Shown in pieces: positions 20,550 through 30,282 of a stretch of DNA of 64,000 nucleotides. The notes below the pieces were generated by a model that saw nothing but the letters and a program-made list of their open reading frames with translations, searched no databases and was not told where the DNA came from. Position numbers and translations under genes: made by a program. Each line of letters starts with the position of its first letter. The stretch's first letter is position 1. Source of the stretch: a virus; the IMG/VR virus record IMGVR_UViG_3300006735_000030, positions 4,803-68,802 of that record; one strand, 5' to 3'.

Positions 20550-21944
20550 CTATGCTTTGTAAACACTAAAACGTTTTCTTGGTTTCCAAGTCTCAAAAAC
20601 TTTATCCATATGTTCAATAAAATTATTACACATTGATTCTCCACTCATCATAGAATCATCACCTATTGCCCATTCATGTCCAACCATACCACATCTTTTT
20701 CTTTCTTCTCTACCAACATCATACCAATCTTTTACTCTATCGGCTACATCATTCCAATCACATCTGTCATCGAAAATATATGGCGTTGGAACTGAACCCA
20801 TTAGTGAACGAGTCCTTGGCCATACTGGTTTTACCCAATCTCCATGAGTTAATCTATCATTATTTTCCCATTTCCTATAATCATGAAACGAGTGTACTTC
20901 TGAATAATCTTTGTATGTGACGTAGTTACCATCTAATTTAAATCCACATTGGTCTTGCATTCCACCAGTAACATTTAAAATAACTGGTGTTCCACACATA
21001 ATAGATTCTGCACCAGACAACCCAAAACCCTCATTTGATGAAATCAACAATGTACAATCTGCTATATTATACAGATAGTTTAGAGCTTCATCAGATAACT
21101 TTTGGTCTGAAAAGGCTACATCTCCATTTGGACATAACTCTTTCACAACATTTGGTAAGTGTGTACCATTGTTATCAATTGGTGTTGTATGCATAATCAG
21201 AAGACATTTGTCAGCTTTTTCTTTTGGTAACATACCACAAAACTTATTGTAAGACAAAATAATATCACCTACCATTTTACGTTTGATATTACGAGCATTA
21301 TAAAATAGAATAAAATCTCTATCTACACCCTTTACTGCATTTTTCTTGAAATCTATATATTTTTCGTCTTGTTTCTGTTCTTTAGTCATTGGAAAAAAAC
21401 TTTTATGATTTATACCATGTGGTATATATGTAGAATCAATATCAGTTCTTGGTTTATGTTGACAAACATTTTGAACAATATTATGAGTTTGTTTTGAAAT
21501 ATTCATAATCAAATCACAAGACTCGTAGTAATTTTCATTCCATCTTGGATAAGGTAAGTCATCCCAAATATTATAATAAAATATAGGAATCTCTTGTCGT
21601 ATCTCATGTTCCATTTGAAATAACCAAACCCAAAATCGTGGGTCTGTATAAATCATGATAGCGTCTGGTTTTTCTATACTCATTATTTCACGTAACATAT
21701 CTGGGTTTCCATAACCACTTGTTGGATAAACCTTCAAATAAGGTGTTACTTCAAGTTTTAACTCTTTCTTAACATCGGCCGATAAATCGAATACCTTCCC
21801 TTCGTCTGGGTGTTTTATAGCTCCACCAATCTGAACCCAATCATAATGGTTTAACGTTCCCTTGACAAATTCCCTTGACATTGTACCGACACCAGAAGAC
21901 ATACGTAAGTCATCTGACAACAACAATATTTTCTTTTTTGACAT
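20550..21944 (-). CDS. GT4-family glycosyltransferase
   Basis: SGVG, IPHG, NARNIKRK, NEGFGLSGAESIMCGTPVI. Confidence 0.9.
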   Translation of the reverse strand: MSKKKILLLSDDLRMSSGVGTMSREFVKGTLNHYDWVQIGGAIKHPDEGKVFDLSADVKKELKLEVTPYLKVYPTSGYGNPDMLREIMSIEKPDAIMIYTDPRFWVWLFQMEHEIRQEIPIFYYNIWDDLPYPRWNENYYESCDLIMNISKQTHNIVQNVCQHKPRTDIDSTYIPHGINHKSFFPMTKEQKQDEKYIDFKKNAVKGVDRDFILFYNARNIKRKMVGDIILSYNKFCGMLPKEKADKCLLIMHTTPIDNNGTHLPNVVKELCPNGDVAFSDQKLSDEALNYLYNIADCTLLISSNEGFGLSGAESIMCGTPVILNVTGGMQDQCGFKLDGNYVTYKDYSEVHSFHDYRKWENNDRLTHGDWVKPVWPRTRSLMGSVPTPYIFDDRCDWNDVADRVKDWYDVGREERKRCGMVGHEWAIGDDSMMSGESMCNNFIEHMDKVFETWKPRKRFSVYKA

Positions 21945-21962
21945 TATAACCTCTTTAAATTT

Positions 21963-22214
21963 TTAATCGTTCAATAATTCCCGTTTAGTAATGGGTGTAT
22001 CTTTATAATCCATAAAATACTTTTTTAAAACCGATAACTTATCATCATACTCGGCTATGATAGCTAGTTCCTTCTCAATAGTTTCCATCACATCTGGATG
22101 TTCTGCTACACCAACTCCATTTTCTAACAGAACTTCAACATTCATTCTATGTTTTTCTATAAGTGCTTCAAATTGAAGCTTACTAACTTTAATTAAATCA
22201 TCTCTTAACTGCAT
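21963..22214 (-). CDS. Hypothetical protein
   Basis: 83-aa ORF, GVGVAEHPD motif, coupled to upstream gene. Confidence 0.6.
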   Translation of the reverse strand: MQLRDDLIKVSKLQFEALIEKHRMNVEVLLENGVGVAEHPDVMETIEKELAIIAEYDDKLSVLKKYFMDYKDTPITKRELLND

Positions 22215-22411
22215 TAAAACTGACTCCCTGATACTTGTAAGTTTTCGTGTTCATGGATTCTTTTCCTAAAATCCTCATCTGATACATATCTATGTAAGCA
22301 TCTATTAATTAATTTCTGTAGGGTGAACTCTGTCACTAAACTTTCTTGTTTAAATGATTTATACAAATCACTCAATAGTTTTACAGAAGTTAACTTAACT
22401 TTATCTTCCAT
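22214..22411 (-). CDS. Small putative ribbon-helix-helix DNA-binding protein
   Basis: KLTSVKL strand followed by two amphipathic helices; GGAG RBS. Confidence 0.45.
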   Translation of the reverse strand: MEDKVKLTSVKLLSDLYKSFKQESLVTEFTLQKLINRCLHRYVSDEDFRKRIHEHENLQVSGSQF

Positions 22412-22444
22412 TATTTCTCTCCGTATATACGTATATATATATAA

Positions 22445-22846
22445 TTAGTTAATAATAACTACTTTCTTACCAACTTTTTTCGCTTCTTTTATGGTACTGA
22501 AAGTTCCTTTGGACACCACGTCCTTTGGTATGAACGCAACAATTTTATCTGAGTATTCTACTATCTGTTTATTACGTTTATGGTAGTGCCATGTAGCATA
22601 TTGTTTACCATACTCAAATCTTGGTCTAACACAATGTACATTGTAGGGATAATGTGTTGGTGGAAATTCCGCATATTTCATATCAAACTCTAATGCATAC
22701 TTTTTAGCGTATCCATCGGCTCCTTCTTTTTGTCCACCACTTACTATCTCAATATTCTCTCCAAACTTTTCTTTTAGTGCAAATACAAACTCTTTGATTC
22801 TTCTTTTATTAGAATATTGTCTCGAACCTACTATTCCTATTTTCAT
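22445..22846 (-). CDS. SLOG-family (YspA/DprA-like) nucleotide-binding protein
   Basis: IVGSR, IVSGG..GAD, RNKQIVEYSD, SKGT. Confidence 0.8.
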   Translation of the reverse strand: MKIGIVGSRQYSNKRRIKEFVFALKEKFGENIEIVSGGQKEGADGYAKKYALEFDMKYAEFPPTHYPYNVHCVRPRFEYGKQYATWHYHKRNKQIVEYSDKIVAFIPKDVVSKGTFSTIKEAKKVGKKVVIIN

Positions 22847-23286
22847 AAATCATTCCGTTTTTGTTTACGTTCTACCTTTTTTTCTTTGGGTGGTTTTTCT
22901 TTGAAGAATTTTATTGCTTCAGAGAACTTACTTAACCCAGTTGCTATTTGTGATGGTTCATGGTATCTATATTGAAATCTGAAGTTACCATTTAGTGTAT
23001 TTAAATCTTCTACACATCTGATATCGAACCAAGCATAGTCACTATCTTTCATCTTGGATATAGCTTTTATACTTGTTTTCCAATGATGAGCTTCGTTCAT
23101 AGATTCAAGTATTTTACCTAAATCAAAACTATTATCTTTTGCATCATCGAACCACAATTGTAATTCTACTACACCACTTGAAATTTTTTGAATATTTTCT
23201 AATTCTCGTAAAATTTCTTTTTCTACCTGTTCATTCGTGAAATCATCTAATTTCATTCTTATACTAATTTTTCCAAGATGATTCAT
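22843..23286 (-). CDS. Hypothetical protein
   Basis: 147-aa ORF tiling with neighbours. Confidence 0.55.
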   Translation of the reverse strand: MNHLGKISIRMKLDDFTNEQVEKEILRELENIQKISSGVVELQLWFDDAKDNSFDLGKILESMNEAHHWKTSIKAISKMKDSDYAWFDIRCVEDLNTLNGNFRFQYRYHEPSQIATGLSKFSEAIKFFKEKPPKEKKVERKQKRNDL

Positions 23287-23288
23287 AA

Positions 23289-24161
23289 TTACCTCTTCCT
23301 ATCACATAGTTCTGGTTTGTTCTTGAACTCACAATATTTACAATTCTTTTGTGAAGGCTCTTTTCTATAAATAGTATCCTGAAGATATTCTCCCTTCTCA
23401 TCGAAACATTCTGCTAAAAAATTATTCAAGTTCAAAAGTACCCTATTAATACTTGGTTTACCAGAAGCAGGTACTACTTTCTGAACCCTCTTTTGTGGAA
23501 AGTCAACATTTTCCCATAACTTACGTTTTACAATGAAGAACTCAACATCTATCTTGTCAATCGGAACATTCATCTGAGCTGAATAAAATTGTTTGTATAA
23601 TAACAACTGGTCTGTCTTATTTTTGTCCTTCTTCTGCCATTTGTTCCAACCTTTTGTTGAAGTCTTAATGTCGTAGATGATATACTTGTCTCTAACTGTA
23701 TCGTGGATTACGAGGTCAATATACCCCTTAAACACCACGTTACTCTTCATTTTATAATTTAGTTCTGTTTCAATACCAACAAGTTCATATCCCTTCTTAC
23801 TGAAATATTGAGCTCTTCTTTTCTTGAACCAGTCTAAAATAACACACCCATCATTGTAAAACTCTACCATATCATTTTCAGTACAAAAAACCTCACCACC
23901 ATTAGCTTTCATTATTCTTTCATAATGATATTGCATTCTTTGTCTTAATAGGTCTTCTACATCAATTGAATCTGCTTCTTTAGCAGTCTGATTATACATT
24001 ACGTGTAAATAAAATTGTAGTACTTCATGCATTGATGTACCAAACATTGTGTGAATACTATCTGTAAACTCACGAAGACCATCTACATATAATAATTTCC
24101 ACCTATGTGGACATTGTGACCATAAATTATATTGACTATACGATACTGATTTCAAAACCAA
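23289..24161 (-). CDS. PD-(D/E)XK Cas4/AddB-like exonuclease
   Basis: SYSQ...CP, FGTSMH, GYIDL...DIKT, QLLLY, C-terminal CKYC...C. Confidence 0.88.
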   Translation of the reverse strand: MVLKSVSYSQYNLWSQCPHRWKLLYVDGLREFTDSIHTMFGTSMHEVLQFYLHVMYNQTAKEADSIDVEDLLRQRMQYHYERIMKANGGEVFCTENDMVEFYNDGCVILDWFKKRRAQYFSKKGYELVGIETELNYKMKSNVVFKGYIDLVIHDTVRDKYIIYDIKTSTKGWNKWQKKDKNKTDQLLLYKQFYSAQMNVPIDKIDVEFFIVKRKLWENVDFPQKRVQKVVPASGKPSINRVLLNLNNFLAECFDEKGEYLQDTIYRKEPSQKNCKYCEFKNKPELCDRKR

Positions 24162-25549
24162 GACACCTCTTTATCTACTGAACTTAACTTCTTACGTTTA
24201 TTTACTTTTAAATCTAATTCTACACTACTCAAACATTCATCAATCAACTCTTGGTCAATATTACTTTTAGACAAATCGTAATTAGTGTATGGTGTTTTTG
24301 GATTGTCTCTAACACCTTTACTTAGTAACCACCTACGAATGTACTGCCATGTTGAATTAGCTGCTAGATGTGGTTGAACTTGTTCTGTTATGTGACTTTT
24401 TTGTGTCACTCCATTTAATATACAATATAACCAATTCATAGCATCTTGTGGTAACTTGGGTCTAGCACGAGAAATGATTTCCTGCATGGTATTCCTCAAG
24501 TTCTCCCTAAAAGTTAACTCAAAATTATCTAAATTCCAAGAGCTTTTTTCAGGTATTTTTCGTATCATATTCTGAAACTCTTCTTTGGTTTTAAATGTGT
24601 ATGGATAATTTTCTCCTACAACTTTACTCATTTGTGGATTGTCATACACCAAAACTGGTTTATCAACTTGTATACCATCTTGTACCGATAGATTCCAAGT
24701 CATATAACCATCAACAAAACTTACACTACAATGAGAGTTTTCTAACAAGTATCTATATTGACCTCTGTTTAATTTAGAAGCTACATACTCTTTTGGAGCT
24801 TGCCAATCAGTACTCCATATCATATACTCGTCTTCCAATCCTTCGAAATATTCTAACAACCTATTTACACCAGTAGTTTGACCCCACCTATGATTGAATA
24901 CAACAATCTTCTTATCTGTTGGTAAGTCTATAGGTTCTGCTGGTGGTAACGGGTCTGAAGCTAGTGGCATAGTTTTTGTCTTATTCTTGATATAATTCAT
25001 ATCAATAGAAACTGGTTGTCCTTTTGTAAAGTTTCTAGCTAACCAATCATTCGATATATCAGTATGAAAGAATGCATTATCAGCCATACCTATTGATTCT
25101 ATTTGTCTCATAAATGGTGGTGGTGTTGCTGAAGATACTCTACTACCTGGACAATCAACCCAGTGAAAGAATAAAAATCTACTTACAACTTGTCCATATC
25201 TCTTATCACTCATAGCTACAAAGATATTATACAACATCTCTGGTTGGTGACAAAATACGAAATCAATGTCTTGTGTTTTAAAGTCTATGATATTTCTAAA
25301 AACAGAATCATGGAAAGCTGAACGATTAGATAGAGCGTTTCTATAGTATGGATATTTTATAAGAGTAACATTTGGTCTGTCATCAGGCATAGTATGTTTT
25401 TCTGGTACTAAAACATAATGATGACATTCTGGTAAGAATGATATTGTCTTTTCTAATACTTTATAATTAGAATCAAACTGATGTTGAAATACTCCACTAC
25501 TATCAAATCTTACTGGACTACCATAATGTAATATTCTTAATCCATCCAT
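24152..25549 (-). CDS. GT-B fold glycosyltransferase-like protein, paralog A (candidate DNA glycosyltransferase)
   Basis: Shares SPVR, DSNYKV, CHHYVLVP, HQPE, FFHWVDC, VFNHRW, YMTWNLSVQD with 32780..34231; GT-B-like second domain. Confidence 0.65.
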   Translation of the reverse strand: MDGLRILHYGSPVRFDSSGVFQHQFDSNYKVLEKTISFLPECHHYVLVPEKHTMPDDRPNVTLIKYPYYRNALSNRSAFHDSVFRNIIDFKTQDIDFVFCHQPEMLYNIFVAMSDKRYGQVVSRFLFFHWVDCPGSRVSSATPPPFMRQIESIGMADNAFFHTDISNDWLARNFTKGQPVSIDMNYIKNKTKTMPLASDPLPPAEPIDLPTDKKIVVFNHRWGQTTGVNRLLEYFEGLEDEYMIWSTDWQAPKEYVASKLNRGQYRYLLENSHCSVSFVDGYMTWNLSVQDGIQVDKPVLVYDNPQMSKVVGENYPYTFKTKEEFQNMIRKIPEKSSWNLDNFELTFRENLRNTMQEIISRARPKLPQDAMNWLYCILNGVTQKSHITEQVQPHLAANSTWQYIRRWLLSKGVRDNPKTPYTNYDLSKSNIDQELIDECLSSVELDLKVNKRKKLSSVDKEVSWF

Positions 25550-25656
25550 TTACCATGCTCCTTTAAGTGCCATAATCTATGTGTGAACATTTCCCAAACT
25601 AAACCAAATAGTGTATCTGATTCATACACTCCAGCTTTACATTCATATTTATACAT
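25537..25656 (-). CDS. Small hypothetical protein (39 aa, not in ORF track)
   Basis: MYKYECKAGVYESDTLFGLVWEMFTHRLWHLKEHGKWMD; fills the gap and overlaps both neighbours. Confidence 0.55.
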   Translation of the reverse strand: MYKYECKAGVYESDTLFGLVWEMFTHRLWHLKEHGKWMD

Positions 25657-25774
25657 CTTTTTTACCCTTAGTATCTCTTAACCAATTTATGTAATGTCTA
25701 ATCTTACCACCCAATTCCATATCATTAGGTGTTTCTTTAACCATTCTTTCTATAATCTTCAATGGTGATTTCAT
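25649..25774 (-). CDS. Small hypothetical protein (41 aa, not in ORF track)
   Basis: MKSPLKIIERMVKETPNDMELGGKIRHYINWLRDTKGKKDV; TAATG coupling to upstream stop. Confidence 0.6.
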   Translation of the reverse strand: MKSPLKIIERMVKETPNDMELGGKIRHYINWLRDTKGKKDV

Positions 25775-26196
25775 TACTTACCCCATTTACCATTTTTAAC
25801 AATGGTTGCCATAATTCCATAATTACTAACATCTAAATAAGCATCTTCCATTGGTTCACCTTCTACAGCATTTCCTCTCTTACCCATTAATAAAGTTTTT
25901 AACCTTTGTATCTTATCATTCATCCTAAACCATAAACCAGTAAGTGACAAATGTATCTCGTCATCTGTTATTAATTGAGTACCAACCGAAATATTACCTG
26001 GGCCATAATCATGTTGTTTATGACAGAATAATTCGTATTGTTCTCTCTGTAGTTTTTTGAACTCTTGTGTCATTTCTGGCCATTCTTTTTCCATTTGTTC
26101 AACAATTGTTCCAGGTGAATCAACACCTGTTGGTGTGTCTTTTATAGTTTTCATAACTTTTCCTCTTTTTAAGTCTAATAAACTCGGTTCACTCAA
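25774..26196 (-). CDS. DUF1599 / nucleotide-modification-associated domain protein
   Basis: KQHDYG..N, RMNDKIQRL, EDAYLDVSNYGIM. Confidence 0.8.
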   Translation of the reverse strand: MSEPSLLDLKRGKVMKTIKDTPTGVDSPGTIVEQMEKEWPEMTQEFKKLQREQYELFCHKQHDYGPGNISVGTQLITDDEIHLSLTGLWFRMNDKIQRLKTLLMGKRGNAVEGEPMEDAYLDVSNYGIMATIVKNGKWGK

Positions 26197-26197
26197 T

Positions 26198-26770
26198 TTA
26201 CACTACCTCGTCTACGACACCATACTCCAAACATTCACTAGCTGTTAGATAGGTATCTTGTTTAGAAACTCCTTCCCAAAACTCCGAAGATTTCTTTGTT
26301 ACATCTCCAAGAATATTACAAATTGTTTTTTGTAATAGTTTTAAATGGTCAGCTCCTTTTAGTACATCCGATGTTTTTCCAGCTTCAAACGCGGAACCTT
26401 CATGAACCATCACGGTTGAATTTTGAGTCATCGTTCTTTTACCAGTTCCACTAGCAAGTAAAACTGCTGCGGCCGACATACAAGCTCCAAGGCAGTGAGT
26501 GTTAACTTTAACTGGTAGACTTCTTATATAATCTATCATACCTAACATAGTATATACATCCCCACCATAGGAGCTTATAATCATATTTAGTGCTCTTCGT
26601 GGGTCTTTTTGGTGTCTTAATAGATTATCTATTTTTGTAACGATTGTATAAAGATTGTCCATATCAAAATCATATGCCATATAGACTGTATTTGTTTCTG
26701 TATTTACACCCCATTCTAACTCTTTCATTAAAATGGCGTGTTCGATATTTCTCTCTTCAAGATTAGTCAT
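26198..26770 (-). CDS. clpP: ClpP-like serine protease
   Basis: ISSYGGDV, CMSAA (Ser), MVHE (His), QDTYLTA.E..EYGVVD (Asp). Confidence 0.88.
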   Translation of the reverse strand: MTNLEERNIEHAILMKELEWGVNTETNTVYMAYDFDMDNLYTIVTKIDNLLRHQKDPRRALNMIISSYGGDVYTMLGMIDYIRSLPVKVNTHCLGACMSAAAVLLASGTGKRTMTQNSTVMVHEGSAFEAGKTSDVLKGADHLKLLQKTICNILGDVTKKSSEFWEGVSKQDTYLTASECLEYGVVDEVV

Positions 26771-26779
26771 TGTAAACTC

Positions 26780-27259
26780 CTATTGTAAACTAAATGGTAA
26801 ATCCTTCCACATCTTTGGCTCTATGCCATATTTCTGTAGAACTTCTCTAATTTCATACATTCCTTGTTCTGTTAATATAAGTGTTTCTACAGCGTTACCT
26901 ACTTCTGATGTAGAACACTCATAGTGTTTGGTCATAATTTCAATAAACCACTTTGGTAAATTCATGTCGTTCTTCCCTTTTACGTATTTCAAAAATTGTT
27001 TTCCTTTTGGTAGAACATCACAATATATTTTATAATGTTCTCTTGGTGTTAAGACATCCCAATACTTTTGAACGTCATTAACGAAATCAACCCATTCCAT
27101 CTTCATTGATAGAAAACGATTGACCATGTAATCCGAATATGTTTTTTTATCCTCTGTTGAAAGAGTATCCCAATAATCTGGGTTCTGATATTGCGTTACA
27201 GCATTTAAATGGTCGAATAGACCCTTTTTCTTAATTGTCTGTTTCTTCTTCTTTGACAC
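26780..27259 (-). CDS. Clamp loader small subunit (T4 gp62-like)
   Basis: LFDHLNAV...YMVNRFLSM...LPKGKQFLKY; near large subunit and clamp. Confidence 0.75.
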   Translation of the reverse strand: MSKKKKQTIKKKGLFDHLNAVTQYQNPDYWDTLSTEDKKTYSDYMVNRFLSMKMEWVDFVNDVQKYWDVLTPREHYKIYCDVLPKGKQFLKYVKGKNDMNLPKWFIEIMTKHYECSTSEVGNAVETLILTEQGMYEIREVLQKYGIEPKMWKDLPFSLQ

Positions 27260-27506
27260 TTAGACCACTACTCTCTAAAAGTTGTTTTGGTACTTGACCA
27301 CAATTACCACAACTATAAACTTGAACTGGAACCAAACCAGCTTGTCCTGTTGGTGAGACGATAGCTGATATTTTCTTAATAACAAATGATGTTATAAATA
27401 AATAGTTTCCACAATTGTCACATTTCATAGTTTCTTGGTCTTCAAGATTAATTTTTACTTCACTTTTTGGTGCACCTGGAAAAGGTTTCATTGGTTTTGT
27501 ACTCAT
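27231..27506 (-). CDS. Zn-ribbon hypothetical protein
   Basis: CDNCG...CGNCG. Confidence 0.65.
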   Translation of the reverse strand: MSTKPMKPFPGAPKSEVKINLEDQETMKCDNCGNYLFITSFVIKKISAIVSPTGQAGLVPVQVYSCGNCGQVPKQLLESSGLSVKEEETDN

Positions 27507-28288
27507 TCTATTTCTCCTATACTAACTGTTGCGACTCCATGTTTTTGTACAACCAATGTCGTACACTTTTGAGCTAATTCAATACCTCGTTCTATATTTC
27601 CTGTTTGTAAGTAACCACGAACCAATCCTGCTAAAAAAGTATCACCAGCTCCACTAACATCTCTAACTGGTACTGAATCTACTGGAAACTCTATGTCATT
27701 CCATCTACATCCCTTACTACCCAAAGTAACAATAAGTTTGTCTTCAAATCCTTCATCTGATAATAACTCGTGGTTTTTCTTATACTCTAATTCATTTATT
27801 TTTATAAAGTCTGCATTCTTAATCCAAGTACCAAGTTTCTTTTTTGTATCAACAAATACATTTTTATTATTGTCACAAATCCACTTGATATCATCTTCGT
27901 GTAAGAAACCTTTACAATAATCTGATATAATAATAGCATCAACTTCAACTTTACCACTCATTGATATATAACATTCATTATTCTGAATTGTTGATAGTAG
28001 TATGTCTTCTATTCTATCACAATAATCATGTTCATCAACTCTTAAAACCATTTGACCACTACGATTATCAACGTATCTTTTTTTAACAATACTATTCTGA
28101 TTAGTAATTGTATGAATACCCATATCTAACGATTCAACATTATTTGAAACATTTCTAGCCATACCATCATTCGATTCTTCACGTGTAGGTACAAATACTG
28201 GGATAGGAGCTTCTGGACTTATTCTTTCGATATCTCCATAAATAAAAACATCTTTACAACTATCTCCAACGACTAAGACTTTTTTCAT
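27503..28288 (-). CDS. PfkB-family kinase, RfaE/HldE heptose-7-phosphate kinase-like
   Basis: VVGD...D, RISPEAPIPV, ISDYCKG, DVSGAGDTF. Confidence 0.85.
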   Translation of the reverse strand: MKKVLVVGDSCKDVFIYGDIERISPEAPIPVFVPTREESNDGMARNVSNNVESLDMGIHTITNQNSIVKKRYVDNRSGQMVLRVDEHDYCDRIEDILLSTIQNNECYISMSGKVEVDAIIISDYCKGFLHEDDIKWICDNNKNVFVDTKKKLGTWIKNADFIKINELEYKKNHELLSDEGFEDKLIVTLGSKGCRWNDIEFPVDSVPVRDVSGAGDTFLAGLVRGYLQTGNIERGIELAQKCTTLVVQKHGVATVSIGEIE

Positions 28289-29211
28289 TTTACAACTCCC
28301 AATAACTCTATTATCATAGACATTGCATTTATCTCCTTATCAACCACAATAGCATCAGATTGTTGATATTTAGCTAAGGTCAAGATACATTCTGCTACAT
28401 GACCTTTACCCCAATCATCTACCTCATCATATAATAATCTAAACAACTCTGAATAATCCTTTACTTCACTATCTAATAACAATTGTCTTATGTTCTTAAA
28501 TGCATTTCTTTTATCTTGGTTCTTCAAGATATCAAGTACTTTCATCTTGTAATCATTCTGAATGATACTTGTTTTATCCAACTCAAGATTACCATCAACA
28601 GATTGTCTTTGTGCAGAATTTAAAACTCTACGAATATCTGGATAACAACTATTGATGATAAAAGCTATATCTTCGTTTTTATACGTAACATTTTCATTAT
28701 CAAGTATTTTACCAAGATGTATAGCTACTTCTTTTTTTGATGGTGGTGTTAGATTATACGCTTGACATCTACTTTGGATTGGGTCTATAATACGCTCAAC
28801 AAAATTACAAGTTAAGATAAATCTACAATGATTAGAATATGTTTCCATTATGTTACGAAGAGCCGCTTGACTTGTTGGTGTGATATAATCAACCTCATCA
28901 AGTATAACGATTTTCATATTAGCGAAACCAAGAGAACCAGCGAAAGGTCTGATTTTATCTATGACCTCGACTCTTCTTTCATCCGATGCATTAATGTATA
29001 GATATTCACAATCAATGTTCTTAACAAGTAATTTAGCGAGAGTGGTCTTACCTGTACCAGCCTTCCCATATAGTAAAAGATGTGGTAAGTCTCCACTCTC
29101 TATAGCGTCTTCTATCTTAGTCTTTAGGTGTTTGTTACCTATGTAAGATTCGAGACTTGTAGGCCGATACTTTTCTACCCATAGAGTGTTTTTATCGTTT
29201 GTAACTAACAT
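28285..29211 (-). CDS. Clamp loader large subunit (RFC / T4 gp44-like AAA+)
   Basis: WVEKYRP, GKAGTGKTT, INASDE, LDEVD, SRC. Confidence 0.95.
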   Translation of the reverse strand: MLVTNDKNTLWVEKYRPTSLESYIGNKHLKTKIEDAIESGDLPHLLLYGKAGTGKTTLAKLLVKNIDCEYLYINASDERRVEVIDKIRPFAGSLGFANMKIVILDEVDYITPTSQAALRNIMETYSNHCRFILTCNFVERIIDPIQSRCQAYNLTPPSKKEVAIHLGKILDNENVTYKNEDIAFIINSCYPDIRRVLNSAQRQSVDGNLELDKTSIIQNDYKMKVLDILKNQDKRNAFKNIRQLLLDSEVKDYSELFRLLYDEVDDWGKGHVAECILTLAKYQQSDAIVVDKEINAMSMIIELLGVVK

Positions 29212-29216
29212 TCAAA

Positions 29217-29975
29217 TTATATAGCTGTACGTGATTGTAAAAAGTAAACTGCTGAATAATCATCAATGTTGAAAGACAACTTTACAAGTGGTCTATCTCC
29301 ACCAACCATTTCAAAAGTACCAGTTTCACATTCTTTATTTACATTCAATATTTCAGACATAACATCACTATTGAAGTAAAATTTATCAACATCAGCATAC
29401 TTTGTTGTTGTTACTGGTATTTCCAATCTGTTAGAGTGTGTTGTTCTCCAACCAATACAAACTGAAGTTTTTTCATTTTCAGTTAATACTGTAAATGTAT
29501 CTATTTCATCTCCAAGTGCTGATTTACCACTTGTAAATTTTTGAATGAAATTAGAATCCATTGTAAAAGATACTTCCCACTCTTGTTGAAAAAGAGTCTT
29601 CAATATCTCATCACTAGCTTTAGGTACGACACTTGTGTCGTGTAACATATATTTCGCTTTATTACCAAAATCATCTTTACAATTTACCTCAACCGCTTTC
29701 TTCTCACCATCTCTATCAATGCTAGTAACATCAAAAGATATTTCTGAACCAAGTGATTGTAATAAATTACTTAACTTTGAAATATCACCAACACCAATAG
29801 TAGCTTCTTGCATCGGTGACTTTTCCATTTTCAAAACAACCAAACAATCTTTATTATCTGTTGCAACAGCAGAATGAGTATTACCATTATGTGTTGTTAT
29901 TTGTGTTTGTGTTATTTTGTTTCCAAGACGTATTTTGTCAAGGTAGCGAGTAAGTTTCGCTTTTTCCATAACCAT
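29217..29975 (-). CDS. DNA sliding clamp (gp45/PCNA-like)
   Basis: ~250 aa, two-domain beta-rich pattern ending ...AVYFL; lies between PolB and clamp loader. Confidence 0.65.
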   Translation of the reverse strand: MVMEKAKLTRYLDKIRLGNKITQTQITTHNGNTHSAVATDNKDCLVVLKMEKSPMQEATIGVGDISKLSNLLQSLGSEISFDVTSIDRDGEKKAVEVNCKDDFGNKAKYMLHDTSVVPKASDEILKTLFQQEWEVSFTMDSNFIQKFTSGKSALGDEIDTFTVLTENEKTSVCIGWRTTHSNRLEIPVTTTKYADVDKFYFNSDVMSEILNVNKECETGTFEMVGGDRPLVKLSFNIDDYSAVYFLQSRTAI

Positions 29976-30030
29976 TTTCTCCTATTATTATATGAGTTAT
30001 ATATACATATATATGACTCGTTCAAAACCA

Positions 30031-30282
30031 TCAATTTATTTTTAATAAATCCTTAAATTTTTTTAATTGTTGTTCATTCAACCAACCATTGAAGTAATTA
30101 CCACTAATATTCATTATTGGATACGTCAATTTATCAGAATTTGTTTTCTTATAGAGTTTTTCCTCTAATTTTTTGTTCTCAAAAACTCTGACTTCCATAA
30201 AGTTTACACCATTGTTTCTTAACCAAGTTTTAGCTTCTTTACAATATGGACACTTAGGAATTGTGTACAATACTAAAACCAT
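30031..30282 (-). CDS. Glutaredoxin (NrdH-like)
   Basis: CPYC active site, TYP. Confidence 0.9.
   Translation of the reverse strand: MVLVLYTIPKCPYCKEAKTWLRNNGVNFMEVRVFENKKLEEKLYKKTNSDKLTYPIMNISGNYFNGWLNEQQLKKFKDLLKIN

Noticed and set aside
23289-24161. CRISPR-Cas system suggested by the Cas4-like nuclease
   Set aside because: No repeat-spacer array or other cas genes seen; solo Cas4-like nucleases are common in phage replication modules
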